Part shown: positions 35,951 to 46,381 of the stretch, piece after piece | Numbering within the stretch: position 1 is the stretch's first letter | How the letters are laid out: the number at the start of each line of letters is the position of its first letter | IMG/VR virus record: IMGVR_UViG_3300045988_147522 | Direction: 5' to 3' (one strand) | Origin: a virus | DNA length: 64,000 nucleotides | Notes under the pieces: generated by a model | The model's input: only the letters and a program-made list of their open reading frames with translations | Database searches by the model: none | Told to the model about the DNA's origin: nothing | Made by a program: the position numbers and the translations under genes

Positions 35951-35978
35951 AAAATAAAAAGCACTCCCTTTGAGTGCT
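35951..35978 (-). terminator. hairpin plus T-run (minus strand)
   Basis: AGCACTC-loop-GAGTGCT followed by TTTTTATTTT on the minus strand. Confidence 0.5.
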
Positions 35979-36741
35979 ACAAATTACGCATCCAATTAAG
36001 AACGCTTTTATTACTTATTTTCTTTAAATCAACACAGCCACTATAATACCCAGTCATAATGTTTTCGTAGTCATTTATTGCGTTAATACGATCAGCGGCG
36101 TCCATTAAAACATAAATAGGCAAACTCCAAACCGTTGAATAACTATATTTAAAATTTGCGTGATTAGTCAACGCAGAAACAATAGGGAGTAGGGTTGACT
36201 GTGCTTTCTGGTGCTCTTTCCGAGCGTATTTTTTGTTATCCCTATCTTCATCTACCATGAACCTTTTGGTGGTTGTGTTTCCGCCTTTCTCTTCGTGCTT
36301 TTTTAATCTGTGAATTTTTCGTATGTAATTAACTATAATTTCGTAAACAAACCTATCAATAATTAATTGAGTATTAGTATCAATTAGTTTAATATCTTGA
36401 GAAGTATTATCTTTAACCAGCACCATTCCTTGTAAATTAATATCCTCTTCAAAAAGCAATGACAAAATATTACTATCTATGGATTTATAAATTAAAGTAA
36501 AAAAATCAAAATCATCTACTTCATCCCACCATAAATTAAAACCATCATATAATTCTGATTTGTAATCAGAAGGCGTTGCACAAATTTTACCTATTTCTGC
36601 AAAATATTGTTTCTCACCAATGTCGCATATATCATCAAGTGTTGGTTGTTTTAGAGTTAAATGAGTAGAAATTTTAATAGGTTTACCTCGATATAGCGTC
36701 ATTTCGTCTATATCTAAAAAATCAATTGCCTTACTTCTCAT
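35977..36741 (-). CDS. hypothetical virion-module protein
   Basis: 254-aa ORF in the head-to-tail joining region. Confidence 0.45.
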   Translation of the reverse strand: MRSKAIDFLDIDEMTLYRGKPIKISTHLTLKQPTLDDICDIGEKQYFAEIGKICATPSDYKSELYDGFNLWWDEVDDFDFFTLIYKSIDSNILSLLFEEDINLQGMVLVKDNTSQDIKLIDTNTQLIIDRFVYEIIVNYIRKIHRLKKHEEKGGNTTTKRFMVDEDRDNKKYARKEHQKAQSTLLPIVSALTNHANFKYSYSTVWSLPIYVLMDAADRINAINDYENIMTGYYSGCVDLKKISNKSVLNWMRNL

Positions 36742-37253
36742 AATTTACTTCCTATGCGGTTATGGTCTTGCAAGGTATATTCTAACACTTGTCCGTAATA
36801 ATCCTGTATGGGGTTAAATTCGTTAGCCGATACGAGTTCTAATCGCCCAAAACCAACATCTGTCATACCATTAATTTCTTCATCAATATATCCTGCAAGC
36901 AAATCAGTACGGATGCCCTGTAACATATCCATTAACTGCTCGTGTGCAAATATATAAATCATTAAAGATGTCGTTTTTACAGCCGATGAGCTAACTTGTG
37001 TTACCCCTGACTGCATTGTCACAAATACACTTTGTTCCTCTATAGTCTCAGGAACATAAGGAAATAGCTTGATAAACGATTTAGCTGGGCTTTGGCTTCC
37101 TTTAACTACATCTATGAAATTATCTTCATTATCCGTGTCTATACATATTAAATTCACAATATTCTGATTGTTTAAGCAACGCTTTTTAATCAATTGTTTA
37201 AGAAGTGTCATACCTGTAAAACTATTACGCTTAACATCTTGCATTACGACCAC
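36738..37253 (-). CDS. hypothetical virion-module protein
   Basis: 171 aa, overlapping start and stop with its neighbours. Confidence 0.45.
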   Translation of the reverse strand: MVVMQDVKRNSFTGMTLLKQLIKKRCLNNQNIVNLICIDTDNEDNFIDVVKGSQSPAKSFIKLFPYVPETIEEQSVFVTMQSGVTQVSSSAVKTTSLMIYIFAHEQLMDMLQGIRTDLLAGYIDEEINGMTDVGFGRLELVSANEFNPIQDYYGQVLEYTLQDHNRIGSKL

Positions 37254-38287
37254 CCCTTAATCACAAATTCTTTTTCTGTCGATAAATTATATAATGAAGA
37301 CATAACCCTTAGCGTAACTCTTTTTCCAATAAATGAGTATTTAAGCGGAACATAAAGTGTTAAGGTATGATTGTCAGCACTTGACTTAATTGATACATAA
37401 TCTTCACCATCCTCTAAAGAGTATTCGTACCCATTTGAGTTCTGAATAACATCACCTTGCTTATCAACTATACTAAACGATAGTTCACAATCTTCGTCTA
37501 TATACAAAACTCCGTCATTACATCCCTCAATACGAATAGCATATGGCTGAGAAATCGGAACATCTATATCGTCTTTGTTTGAATTATTAATCAAGGTGTA
37601 ATAATCAGCAACCATTAATTCAGTATTATCATTGGTAGATCTGTTACATTCTTTTAAACCAAAAGTATATACACCTTTACCATTATAAAGCCCCGGCAAT
37701 CGGTCAGGTTTTGTGACCTGATATGCCAATATGTTCTGTTGTGCATCAACATCGTCAACCAAAAATCTTTGTCCTCTGTATAACTCTTTAGTTTCACTAT
37801 CCTTAGCTATAATAAGGTTTAAACGGTTGTCACCAACAGTAATTTCTTTAGTTTCTCTTTCGCCAGACGAATTGCGGTCATTATTGGTAATAATACAATG
37901 CCTTTCGATTATGTCACCATTGTTGTTAATCCATTTGAGTGTGTAGTTACATTGCTGTATTTTTGCTCTTGTGTATAACTCATCCTGTACATCATGCGAT
38001 ATAATCAACCAATAATTATCTTGCCATTCTACCAGAGAACCTCTTTCAAACTTTTCGTTAGGGAGAGAGAGTAAATTCTTAATATCATCTCCGTTATCGC
38101 TCCTCGTAATGACAGCTTCTCTTTCTTCGCCGTTTATTGTTACAGTTACATAAGACAAGTTCTTATTTCGTAATAATTCAGTTTGTCGCTGCTGCACACG
38201 CTCTAACATTTGCTGTCGTTTAGTTTGAGGCAACGAAACATGCTCATTCATATACTCATTCCATAAAGACACAGTTATCACCTTCAA
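37244..38287 (-). CDS. hypothetical virion-module protein
   Basis: 347 aa, coupled to its neighbours. Confidence 0.45.
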   Translation of the reverse strand: MKVITVSLWNEYMNEHVSLPQTKRQQMLERVQQRQTELLRNKNLSYVTVTINGEEREAVITRSDNGDDIKNLLSLPNEKFERGSLVEWQDNYWLIISHDVQDELYTRAKIQQCNYTLKWINNNGDIIERHCIITNNDRNSSGERETKEITVGDNRLNLIIAKDSETKELYRGQRFLVDDVDAQQNILAYQVTKPDRLPGLYNGKGVYTFGLKECNRSTNDNTELMVADYYTLINNSNKDDIDVPISQPYAIRIEGCNDGVLYIDEDCELSFSIVDKQGDVIQNSNGYEYSLEDGEDYVSIKSSADNHTLTLYVPLKYSFIGKRVTLRVMSSLYNLSTEKEFVIKGWS

Positions 38288-38579
38288 TTCTATATTTAAG
38301 CTTTTCGCATAGAGTAATCATTTTGAAAATATTTCGTCTCACATCTTCAACGCTACTGACATAAATATTTTGTTCGTAATAGCTTAATATAGCAAGAATA
38401 CGCATAATCACAGCGTCATACCCTGTGTCTTTAATAAGCATATCAAACCCTTTTAACTCTTTAATAATATCTGAGATATGAGTATCTATAAATTCAGAGT
38501 TTTGCTCTTTTAAGGGTAGAATTTTAAATATCTGATTAATTAAACACGATAGATAATGCAAATATATTTGTTTGTTCAT
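38256..38579 (-). CDS. hypothetical virion-module protein
   Basis: 107 aa. Confidence 0.4.
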   Translation of the reverse strand: MNKQIYLHYLSCLINQIFKILPLKEQNSEFIDTHISDIIKELKGFDMLIKDTGYDAVIMRILAILSYYEQNIYVSSVEDVRRNIFKMITLCEKLKYRIEGDNCVFME

Positions 38580-39028
38580 ATATGTAAATCCGTTAAGTCT
38601 CCGTGTTCAAAAGAGTAATTATTTCCTCTGTTTTTGAAACATGTTTCAGCCTCTTTATATGCTGTTCTTACACGGTTTAAAATTTCCGCAGGCGAATACC
38701 CACTGTAATCTGTTGTATTAAGTGTGTTTTCCAAGTTGTCTGCGTTATTTGCATATGGCTTAAACCACTGTGCAACCATACCTTCGGTAATAATGTCTAC
38801 AATTTCGTCTACATCTTCAGCGCTAAAATTCTCTAAAAATGTTCTTGTTGTATCATCTCTATTGTAAAGATTATAACCACACTTTCTATTGAAAGAAGCA
38901 CATGCTCGTTTTAAATACCCATCACATACTCTTGTTTTTTCTTTATCGCTAAGATGAGGATCTAAAAATTTCCACTCTTTTACTTTATCCAGAAAGACTC
39001 TGATAAAATCATCATAAGAGACTATCAT
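38576..39028 (-). CDS. head-tail connector-like protein (call by position)
   Basis: 150 aa, second gene after the capsid gene. Confidence 0.4.
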   Translation of the reverse strand: MIVSYDDFIRVFLDKVKEWKFLDPHLSDKEKTRVCDGYLKRACASFNRKCGYNLYNRDDTTRTFLENFSAEDVDEIVDIITEGMVAQWFKPYANNADNLENTLNTTDYSGYSPAEILNRVRTAYKEAETCFKNRGNNYSFEHGDLTDLHI

Positions 39029-39039
39029 CGGAAACCTCC

Positions 39040-39603
39040 TTATCTATCGACTAATTTAACACCAAGACTCTCTTCTAATCCCGTAATAACCGAAAGTGAA
39101 TCAATTTCGTGATTCGCTACTGCATTGCGTGCTTTGTAACATACTGACATTCTCTGAGAGTGGTTTAATTTTGAAACAATTGCTTTAATCTCGTCGGAGG
39201 TTTTGTCAAACAATGTATCAAAGCCTTCAACTGTGAGTGCATTGGTGTAATATTTTTCAGCATTAAGTACCTCAAGAACTAAAGTGTCCTCAAATAAAAA
39301 CCAATTATTAGAAAAGAAGGCTTTATCTGTGGAATAGATTGACTTTACATCTGCAAATGTCAAATCCTGAACATCACCGAACTCTTCCCATATAAATTCT
39401 TCGTGAGTTCTTCTGTTCTGTGCAATAAGTTTACCCTGAAAGCCGTTAATTACAGGAATAATAGCTTCAGACGGAAGTGTTTTTCTTAATTTAATATGCT
39501 GATTTTCCAGAACATCCATGTTTGCAGATGTTTTTGTTTTTGTCTTAGTTGTTCTGCGTGTTGTTGTAACTGCTGTTGCCATTTGATTTATCCTTTCCTT
39601 CAT
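39040..39603 (-). CDS. hypothetical protein downstream of the capsid gene
   Basis: 187 aa with a T/K-rich N-terminus. Confidence 0.45.
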   Translation of the reverse strand: MKERINQMATAVTTTRRTTKTKTKTSANMDVLENQHIKLRKTLPSEAIIPVINGFQGKLIAQNRRTHEEFIWEEFGDVQDLTFADVKSIYSTDKAFFSNNWFLFEDTLVLEVLNAEKYYTNALTVEGFDTLFDKTSDEIKAIVSKLNHSQRMSVCYKARNAVANHEIDSLSVITGLEESLGVKLVDR

Positions 39604-39632
39604 TGAAACGGGCGTAGTTTTAACTACGCCCG
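39601..39632 (-). terminator. GC-rich hairpin after the capsid gene (attenuator or terminator)
   Basis: CGGGCGTAG / CTACGCCCG stem with only a weak T-run. Confidence 0.35.
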
Positions 39633-39645
39633 AATATCAGTATCA

Positions 39646-40665
39646 TTAGTTAGTAAAAGTATATCTACCAATACCAGTATTTGCGCCACCTGAAAGCACA
39701 ATGCCAATACCATACTTTTCACCATAAAGGTACTCGTATGTAAGGTCGGCATTTTCTGTCGGGTTGCCAAGGATGATTGTTGATACACCCTCGTATACAA
39801 CCTTGATAGGCTTATCATCGCCTGCAACGATATTAAGAGTCTTATCGTCAAACACAAAATCAGTAGTGCCGATCTTGTGTCTCTGTGGAGTTGCAAGTAC
39901 ATTAGAACCATAATACTTACCATAATAACCGTTATTGTAAATATCGCTCTGTGAGTCCTTGCCCTGTACACTTGGAGCAATTTTACGAAGACCAGCCTTT
40001 GTACCTGAAATTGTTGCTGTCTTACCGCCAGCAGCAGCCTCTACATGTGCAATTGTGTCAAGGAGAGTATCTTCGCTATATGTACCCGCAACAGGGAAGA
40101 AGGCTGTACCGCCAAAATCGTCTGCTGTAGCAGATGCCCATACCTTGTAAATATCATCAAGAATCTTCTGACTAAAGGATTCACTTACTCTTGCAATAAG
40201 TGTATTAAAATCCACTGTGCCATTAAGCACTCTCTGAAGCTCCTCATAGATTTTTACCATTTTGAGAGTTGTATCAATTGTTACAGTATTATAACCGCCA
40301 AATCTCTGTCTTCTAACGCCCTGTGTGCCATCTGCAACCTCAGCAACCTGATAGAGAATAGAATCCTGTACTTCAAATGCGTTTACATCACCGGCTGCAA
40401 TATTTCTAAACTCAACAAAGTTGTTAAAGAAGTCACTCTTCTGAAGACCTTCTACTACAGTGCGAGAAAGAATTTCCTCTACAATTGAGAAGAGCTGGCC
40501 GCACTTACCGTCTCTAATTCTCTTGTAGTCAAGCTTGGTTGAACCACCATTAGCTTCAACAAGAGACTTTCTAAGAACTTCCATTGAGTCCTTATTTGAA
40601 TACTTACCAACTTCACCGTGATATGCGTCAACAGCAAGCTGAACAATGCTATTATTATCTGCCAT
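39646..40665 (-). CDS. major capsid protein
   Basis: 339 aa, strongly expressed context, position after the scaffold-like genes, composition typical of HK97-fold capsid proteins. Confidence 0.7.
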   Translation of the reverse strand: MADNNSIVQLAVDAYHGEVGKYSNKDSMEVLRKSLVEANGGSTKLDYKRIRDGKCGQLFSIVEEILSRTVVEGLQKSDFFNNFVEFRNIAAGDVNAFEVQDSILYQVAEVADGTQGVRRQRFGGYNTVTIDTTLKMVKIYEELQRVLNGTVDFNTLIARVSESFSQKILDDIYKVWASATADDFGGTAFFPVAGTYSEDTLLDTIAHVEAAAGGKTATISGTKAGLRKIAPSVQGKDSQSDIYNNGYYGKYYGSNVLATPQRHKIGTTDFVFDDKTLNIVAGDDKPIKVVYEGVSTIILGNPTENADLTYEYLYGEKYGIGIVLSGGANTGIGRYTFTN

Positions 40666-40679
40666 AATACAATCCTCCC

Positions 40680-41195
40680 TTACTGTACTTCAATTGTATA
40701 GAGTATGTATCTCTTATACTTTGTTTCGTCAACAATTTTGCCAATCTGTGTTGATGCGGCTGTTGCAGTTTCAACAACCTTCATCTTTGTGCCTGCCTGC
40801 ACTTCTACTGCGTCACCCTTCTTCGGTGTACCATCAAGAGCTTCCGCAGAAACGCTAAAAGTATCACCTGTATGGAAACGGAAACCTCTAAGAGTTTTAC
40901 CAGCTTCGTTTGTGTATTTTTCAAGGTTGATGTCTGATTTAAGTACAGCCTTCTTGTCCTCTTCTACAGTTGTAACGATAGCAAGCTGAGCTCGTGGGGA
41001 ATTTGCTGCGGGAGTTGTTGCCTTATGAATCTGCTTTTCACCCGCCATAAGTTCACCCACAAGTACAATATTGCCGTTATCAATTGCTGTAGCTGCACTA
41101 CCAGAACCCATATATTTCATTGAAACAATAAGTGAACCATCTGTGGTTGCACTAACATTATCGCTGTTATACACAGCATGCTTTACATCAGCCAT
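40680..41195 (-). CDS. capsid-associated protein (decoration or scaffold-like)
   Basis: 171 aa, beta-rich, directly upstream of the capsid gene. Confidence 0.4.
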   Translation of the reverse strand: MADVKHAVYNSDNVSATTDGSLIVSMKYMGSGSAATAIDNGNIVLVGELMAGEKQIHKATTPAANSPRAQLAIVTTVEEDKKAVLKSDINLEKYTNEAGKTLRGFRFHTGDTFSVSAEALDGTPKKGDAVEVQAGTKMKVVETATAASTQIGKIVDETKYKRYILYTIEVQ

Positions 41196-41212
41196 ATAAA
41201 TGCCTCCTCTAT

Positions 41213-42730
41213 TTAATCTTTTGGTTTAATGCCAAACTTGGCAAAAAGACCACCGTAATCGTTTGTGTCATCAATAACACTATTCTTATCCGCTACGCCA
41301 CCTACATTTTTATCAATACCAAACGCCAGAGGCTTGTCTGTTTTCTTAGAAAAACTCATGCCGTTTTTGCCCATAATTGCATAACATTTCTCTTCAATAT
41401 CAGAAATGTTCATACCTTCATGCTCGGCTTTCAATGTCTCGTATTCATTAACCCCTGCCAAATTACTGAACTTTGCAAACACAGCGTCTTCCTGTGATTT
41501 ACGCTCTTCTGCTTCTTTTGCTTTCTTATACTCTTCCAGTTCAGTCTTTTCAGCAGTAATACTTGCAAGACTTGCTTCATACTGTTCTTTATTTGATTTG
41601 AGTGTCGAATAAAACTGAGATTTTACCTCGTCTACCATATTAAACACCGCAGACTCAACCTCTTTGTCACCCTCTACATAATCAACAATGGCATACTTTT
41701 TTCTCTTTGCTGTAGATTCATCTACCACAACATCGTCACCCTTAAGTTCATAGTTAAAGCCAACGAGCTGTCTGTTTTCGCAATCTGCGTAATATACCTC
41801 TTTAGACTCACTGTCGTAGTCCACAAACCAATACTTGCGCACTTCATAGAATGAATCATCATCGAGAGTAATCTTTGTTTTCTTATCATCCATTGCATGG
41901 ATTAATTTCTGACAAACATCAGACTCCAAAGCAAACTTTCTGCTTTCAAGCTCAGATGTTAAATCCTCGATAGAAATATTTTCAATATCCAAATCACTTA
42001 CATCTACTGCATAGCTTTTAATCAGCTCTTGTTTCTTATCCATAACATCTCCTCCTTTCTTCTGTGTGCTCTTACTTATTTCTGAGAGCATAGCTTTATA
42101 ATCCTTCATCATCTCGCTATATTTGTCATAAGTGCCACTTTGAGAATACATTTCGACACATGCTCCTTCAAAACAAGGCTCAACATCTTCGCCTAAAACA
42201 CAAAAAGCCTCAAATTCAAAATCGTTGATCTGATATACTCCATGCTCGTCCATTTCACCATCTATAATAGAAATCTCCATTGACTCAGATGCACTGTTTT
42301 CGGAAAGTAATTTATATACACCTTCTTGCCTTGTCCATAAATAAGCTTCAACACACAGATATTCATGAGTACCGCCGCTATCTTTAATGGATTCCCACCA
42401 ATACTTTGCAGATTCAGGCACTACTCCGATAGGTTCTGTTAAATTAACCAATTCTGTTCCTGTGTCTGTGGTGACTATCTCAACATCGTGTCCACTATAA
42501 TCCTTTTCTTCTCGTAGATAGTGAGTAACAACAGGACAATTAAAAATTGACCAAATAGCTCTTTCAAATGCTTCTTTCGATATGTATGTCTTATTGCGAT
42601 TAAGTCCCGTATAAGCCACTTTAATTACACCTTTTGCAAAAGAACTATTAATTTTTTCTTCGTTGTCGTACTGTATAATGTGATTAGGGATACTATATTG
42701 AATCGTCACACGCTTTTTATCTTGCTTCAC
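41213..42730 (-). CDS. scaffolding / prohead maturation protein (call by position)
   Basis: 505 aa with a long acidic coiled-coil C-terminal half. Confidence 0.4.
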   Translation of the reverse strand: MKQDKKRVTIQYSIPNHIIQYDNEEKINSSFAKGVIKVAYTGLNRNKTYISKEAFERAIWSIFNCPVVTHYLREEKDYSGHDVEIVTTDTGTELVNLTEPIGVVPESAKYWWESIKDSGGTHEYLCVEAYLWTRQEGVYKLLSENSASESMEISIIDGEMDEHGVYQINDFEFEAFCVLGEDVEPCFEGACVEMYSQSGTYDKYSEMMKDYKAMLSEISKSTQKKGGDVMDKKQELIKSYAVDVSDLDIENISIEDLTSELESRKFALESDVCQKLIHAMDDKKTKITLDDDSFYEVRKYWFVDYDSESKEVYYADCENRQLVGFNYELKGDDVVVDESTAKRKKYAIVDYVEGDKEVESAVFNMVDEVKSQFYSTLKSNKEQYEASLASITAEKTELEEYKKAKEAEERKSQEDAVFAKFSNLAGVNEYETLKAEHEGMNISDIEEKCYAIMGKNGMSFSKKTDKPLAFGIDKNVGGVADKNSVIDDTNDYGGLFAKFGIKPKD

Positions 42731-42765
42731 TCTTACTCACCACCTTCCAGATGATTTTAAATATG

Positions 42766-42795
42766 TAAAAAGCCCCACTCTATAACGAGTGAGGC
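42766..42795 (-). terminator. hairpin plus T-run (minus strand)
   Basis: GCCTCACTC-loop-GAGTGGGGC followed by TTTTT on the minus strand. Confidence 0.45.
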
Positions 42796-42999
42796 TTAAA
42801 ACATTAACTTGTCTGAATAAATACAAGCCACATTTTTAAATAAAGCTTTATTATTTGAGAGTGATGATTTGTTCTCAAATACATATAGTGTTGGGCTTGT
42901 AGAACATTTTCTCTTATTGTCAATAACAGAAATAAGAGAATACCCTGCATTGATTAACAGTTGTTTGTCTTTTTCATTTGTTACATAAATAAATTTCAC
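42796..42999 (-). CDS. small hypothetical protein
   Basis: 67 aa; its start overlaps the portal stop. Confidence 0.45.
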   Translation of the reverse strand: MKFIYVTNEKDKQLLINAGYSLISVIDNKRKCSTSPTLYVFENKSSLSNNKALFKNVACIYSDKLMF

Positions 43000-44516
43000 T
43001 ACTCTTCGTCTCTTTCCTGAGCAATTTCACCGTTGTCACTGATTTCTCCTAAATCTTTGGTTGGTGCTCCCGCTTCTCCATTGCTATCCGCTGCCTTTGT
43101 ACTCTGTGTAGCTGAACTGCTCAATGGAACAAACTTATCGGGAATGCCCATAATAGAGTTTTCCAAAAAGTGCATACTGTCAATATCTGACTGGTTAAGT
43201 CCTTGTGATGCACAATAATACGAAACCATCGGCAATCCGTATTGGCAGGCTTTTAGATACGAGTCGCCAGCTTCTTTACGATTGAAACGACTTACATCCA
43301 AAAATGATATCTTAAACATTTTTCCATGTGAGAGAGTATGAATGTAACGATTAAGCATCTTTTCAATGCTTAACACAATTCCATAAGTAATTGCTTGGTC
43401 GGCTTTTATAGATAAAAGCAAAGCATTTGACGATGCTTTTGCGTTGTTAAATAGAAGACTCGAAACACCTGCTGCCGTAAAAAGATGATTCTCTGCGTCT
43501 GCTACATTGTCTACATCAGAGGTGTTTGCATGATTAAAGCTAATCTTCTCAACCGGCATTGGAGTTAAAACTGATCCTACTTCATTTGGCAGTACGGAAT
43601 CTAAGTTTCTCCATATATCTTTAGCCATTTCATAATCCATAGGAAATGAGCCGTCATCATTCATTAACAGTTTCATTACCAGTAACGCATAATTCTCGAT
43701 TTCGGTTTGTGTCAAATTGAGCTGCTTATAGTCTTCAACTTCATACAATTCACGCAAAAGTCCAACAAAAGGAGGCACTGGATAACTTAAAATATCTTTA
43801 TTACATTTGATTGCAAAAGATGTCGGAGCATCCAATAACTGCCACTTATATTGTGTACTGTCTTGCTTATATAAATTATATTTAGTTGTAAATTCAACAG
43901 GGTATAGAGGCAGTAATTCTGACCTCGAATCAAAATACTGAAAATTAAATGAAACATCCAATACACCATCTTGAATGGACGCTATGTCACAATAATCAGA
44001 GGGAAGTTGCTGAATCATAATATTATCTTTGGTTGCCCTCATAGTTCCATAGAACACATCTTCTCGTAAGCACACGGTTAAGATAGTATCAAATGAGCTT
44101 TTAATGTTAAACCCATCTAATGTATGCAAAATCTTTGTGTAATTTTTCTTAATCTTTTTTGTATCTGACACACTTGATATATCTACATTGTATGGAGACA
44201 CAATATAAGACAAGTCTGTCAATCCAACAAAATACTGGATAATTCTACGAAAGTGTGAACTCGCCGAATACATATAGATAACCGCATTGCGTAACTGTGC
44301 TTGATATCTGTATGGATTGGACAAATATGTATTGATTTCGTCTTTTGTGTACAGAAAAAAGGAAGGTGTGTTTCTATCATTGTTTAGGTCTCGAAACACA
44401 AGCTGATTTAAAGCAGCAAATTTTTGCTGAGTTGTTTTTATCTGCTCTTTATATTTTTTATCATCTTCTGTTCGTTGCTTCTCAGTATGAATTTCTACAC
44501 TATCAATCTTATTCAT
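42999..44516 (-). CDS. portal protein (call by position)
   Basis: 505 aa immediately downstream of the large terminase, with an acidic C-terminus. Confidence 0.6.
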   Translation of the reverse strand: MNKIDSVEIHTEKQRTEDDKKYKEQIKTTQQKFAALNQLVFRDLNNDRNTPSFFLYTKDEINTYLSNPYRYQAQLRNAVIYMYSASSHFRRIIQYFVGLTDLSYIVSPYNVDISSVSDTKKIKKNYTKILHTLDGFNIKSSFDTILTVCLREDVFYGTMRATKDNIMIQQLPSDYCDIASIQDGVLDVSFNFQYFDSRSELLPLYPVEFTTKYNLYKQDSTQYKWQLLDAPTSFAIKCNKDILSYPVPPFVGLLRELYEVEDYKQLNLTQTEIENYALLVMKLLMNDDGSFPMDYEMAKDIWRNLDSVLPNEVGSVLTPMPVEKISFNHANTSDVDNVADAENHLFTAAGVSSLLFNNAKASSNALLLSIKADQAITYGIVLSIEKMLNRYIHTLSHGKMFKISFLDVSRFNRKEAGDSYLKACQYGLPMVSYYCASQGLNQSDIDSMHFLENSIMGIPDKFVPLSSSATQSTKAADSNGEAGAPTKDLGEISDNGEIAQERDEE

Positions 44517-44533
44517 TTTTCACACCCTTTCTT

Positions 44534-46381
44534 TTAACGGTACTTATACATGTCTGGTGCTCTAAACACAAAAAAGTCTTTTGCTGAATAGATCGTGTTG
44601 CCTTTTTGTCGTATACTATCTTCAATTTTTCTTGCTACATAATAGTTGTAAGACAAACTTGAAAAACGGTCTTTTCGCATACCAGACATTTCTTTAACTT
44701 TAATAAGTTTATTGTTTTCTTCAATGTTGAGCTTTACTAATTCATTAACCAATAGCGTGGTATTTATATACTGCTTAATGATTTTTGTTCGCTCAATAGG
44801 ACTAAGATTACTATATCCTTTAATATCATTAAGGCAGGTTTCTGCATCAAACTCATTTATGAGTAATTTAATACGACCAGACTTAAACCCTTCTCTTAAG
44901 GCTAATGCACAGTCTGAGTTAAATTTAGCACCTGCTTTAATTGCCCAAATAACTTTTGGAGCAGATTTATCTTTACAACGACTTGCCATATCTGGGTTGT
45001 TACAGCAAGATAATGGGGGATAAACCACACCAGTTTCAGTGTCTTTAATTTCTTCCACCAAAGCATCGTATACACCAGAGCCAACACCGTTCGCATCAAT
45101 GACTATATAATCACAATCAAATTGTTCATATAATTTTCGCACAATCAATGCTTGCACTCTTGTTAGTTCGCCCTCAAGTGTGTCGCTGTATATGATATTA
45201 TGAACAAATCTACCGCCTTTTTGCTTCTGAGGTACACAGCTATTGATAAAAATAGCAGAAGCGTCATTCTTGTGTTTTGTTGTTGTTGCCATAAGCGCAA
45301 TATCAATTGACAAAATACGCTTTTCATCGTGTTGCTTAGGCGGAATAATTAGTTTTTTATCTCCTGCCAGCCTACTATAATCGGGCGGCAACCAAGGATA
45401 TTTTATTGTTCGTGTCTGATTAATAACAGGATATTCATAGAAGCTACCTTCAAAATCACCATAGAACAAACAATCCATTTCCATTGACCATGACACTTCA
45501 TTGTAATCTGATTCAGCCATATCATCCTCGACTTGTTCTCTCATAAGCAGACCTTCTCTAATTGCAAGCTGATACGGAAAACCACATATAAAACATTTTT
45601 TACTATCGTCTAACATAGTAGCCGCATAACCCTTTGCTTTTGCGTAAGACCAATGAGAACAAAACCACGCTGAAGACATATAAATTTCCTTGTTTCTCTC
45701 TTGGTATTCTGGTTTTACATGCCAACTGCCATCTGGTCTTTGATATTGATATTTTTTAAGTTTGAAAAATCCGGGTTGTCTGGGATTCGATAAGAATTTT
45801 TTCAATACGGTTTGAATGACATCCTTTGATACCATTCTAAATTCATCGGTAATAAGAATATTTGCTCTTGCACCTCTGGCAGAGTCTCTCGAAGTTACTA
45901 CCAATATTTTTGATGTATTCCTAAATTTGATTTCGCCTTTTTCACCTGTAATACTCCAAGATTCAATTTCAGCTCTCAAATTAGGGGCACCGGGCATAAT
46001 AAGATTTATAATCTTGTCCAAAACTAAATTAGCCTGTTTTCTGTTACCAGATGCAATACATATTGTTGTTCCCGGATATAAAATACATCTAACAACGCAA
46101 AAAATAGCAACCAAAAATGTTTTACCCAAGCCTCGACAGGCTAAAAACATAAACTGGTTGCATATATTCATAAAACATATAAGTATAGATTGAAATGGTT
46201 TTAGAATAATATTTAGATAATCTTCAACAAAGTGTTCTGGGTGTTCTCTGTAGTATCCAGTTACCGTGTTTACTTTGTCCATTGTTTCTTGCCGTTGTTC
46301 TTTGATTCGGTCTTTGGTTGTAACCGAACTTGTACTATAAATACTGTCAGTCTGTGTTGATGTCATCGGCATCACCGCCAT
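44534..46381 (-). CDS. terL: terminase large subunit
   Basis: Walker A-like CRGLGKT and Walker B ILITDEF. C-terminal nuclease-type acidic motifs (SIDIALM, VIDANGVGSGVYD). Confidence 0.85.
   Translation of the reverse strand: MAVMPMTSTQTDSIYSTSSVTTKDRIKEQRQETMDKVNTVTGYYREHPEHFVEDYLNIILKPFQSILICFMNICNQFMFLACRGLGKTFLVAIFCVVRCILYPGTTICIASGNRKQANLVLDKIINLIMPGAPNLRAEIESWSITGEKGEIKFRNTSKILVVTSRDSARGARANILITDEFRMVSKDVIQTVLKKFLSNPRQPGFFKLKKYQYQRPDGSWHVKPEYQERNKEIYMSSAWFCSHWSYAKAKGYAATMLDDSKKCFICGFPYQLAIREGLLMREQVEDDMAESDYNEVSWSMEMDCLFYGDFEGSFYEYPVINQTRTIKYPWLPPDYSRLAGDKKLIIPPKQHDEKRILSIDIALMATTTKHKNDASAIFINSCVPQKQKGGRFVHNIIYSDTLEGELTRVQALIVRKLYEQFDCDYIVIDANGVGSGVYDALVEEIKDTETGVVYPPLSCCNNPDMASRCKDKSAPKVIWAIKAGAKFNSDCALALREGFKSGRIKLLINEFDAETCLNDIKGYSNLSPIERTKIIKQYINTTLLVNELVKLNIEENNKLIKVKEMSGMRKDRFSSLSYNYYVARKIEDSIRQKGNTIYSAKDFFVFRAPDMYKYR

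Noticed and set aside
39624-39980. A 118-aa minus-strand ORF overlapping the capsid gene.
   Set aside because: It lies in an alternative frame inside the major capsid gene and extends through the post-capsid hairpin. It has hydrophobic shadow-ORF composition.
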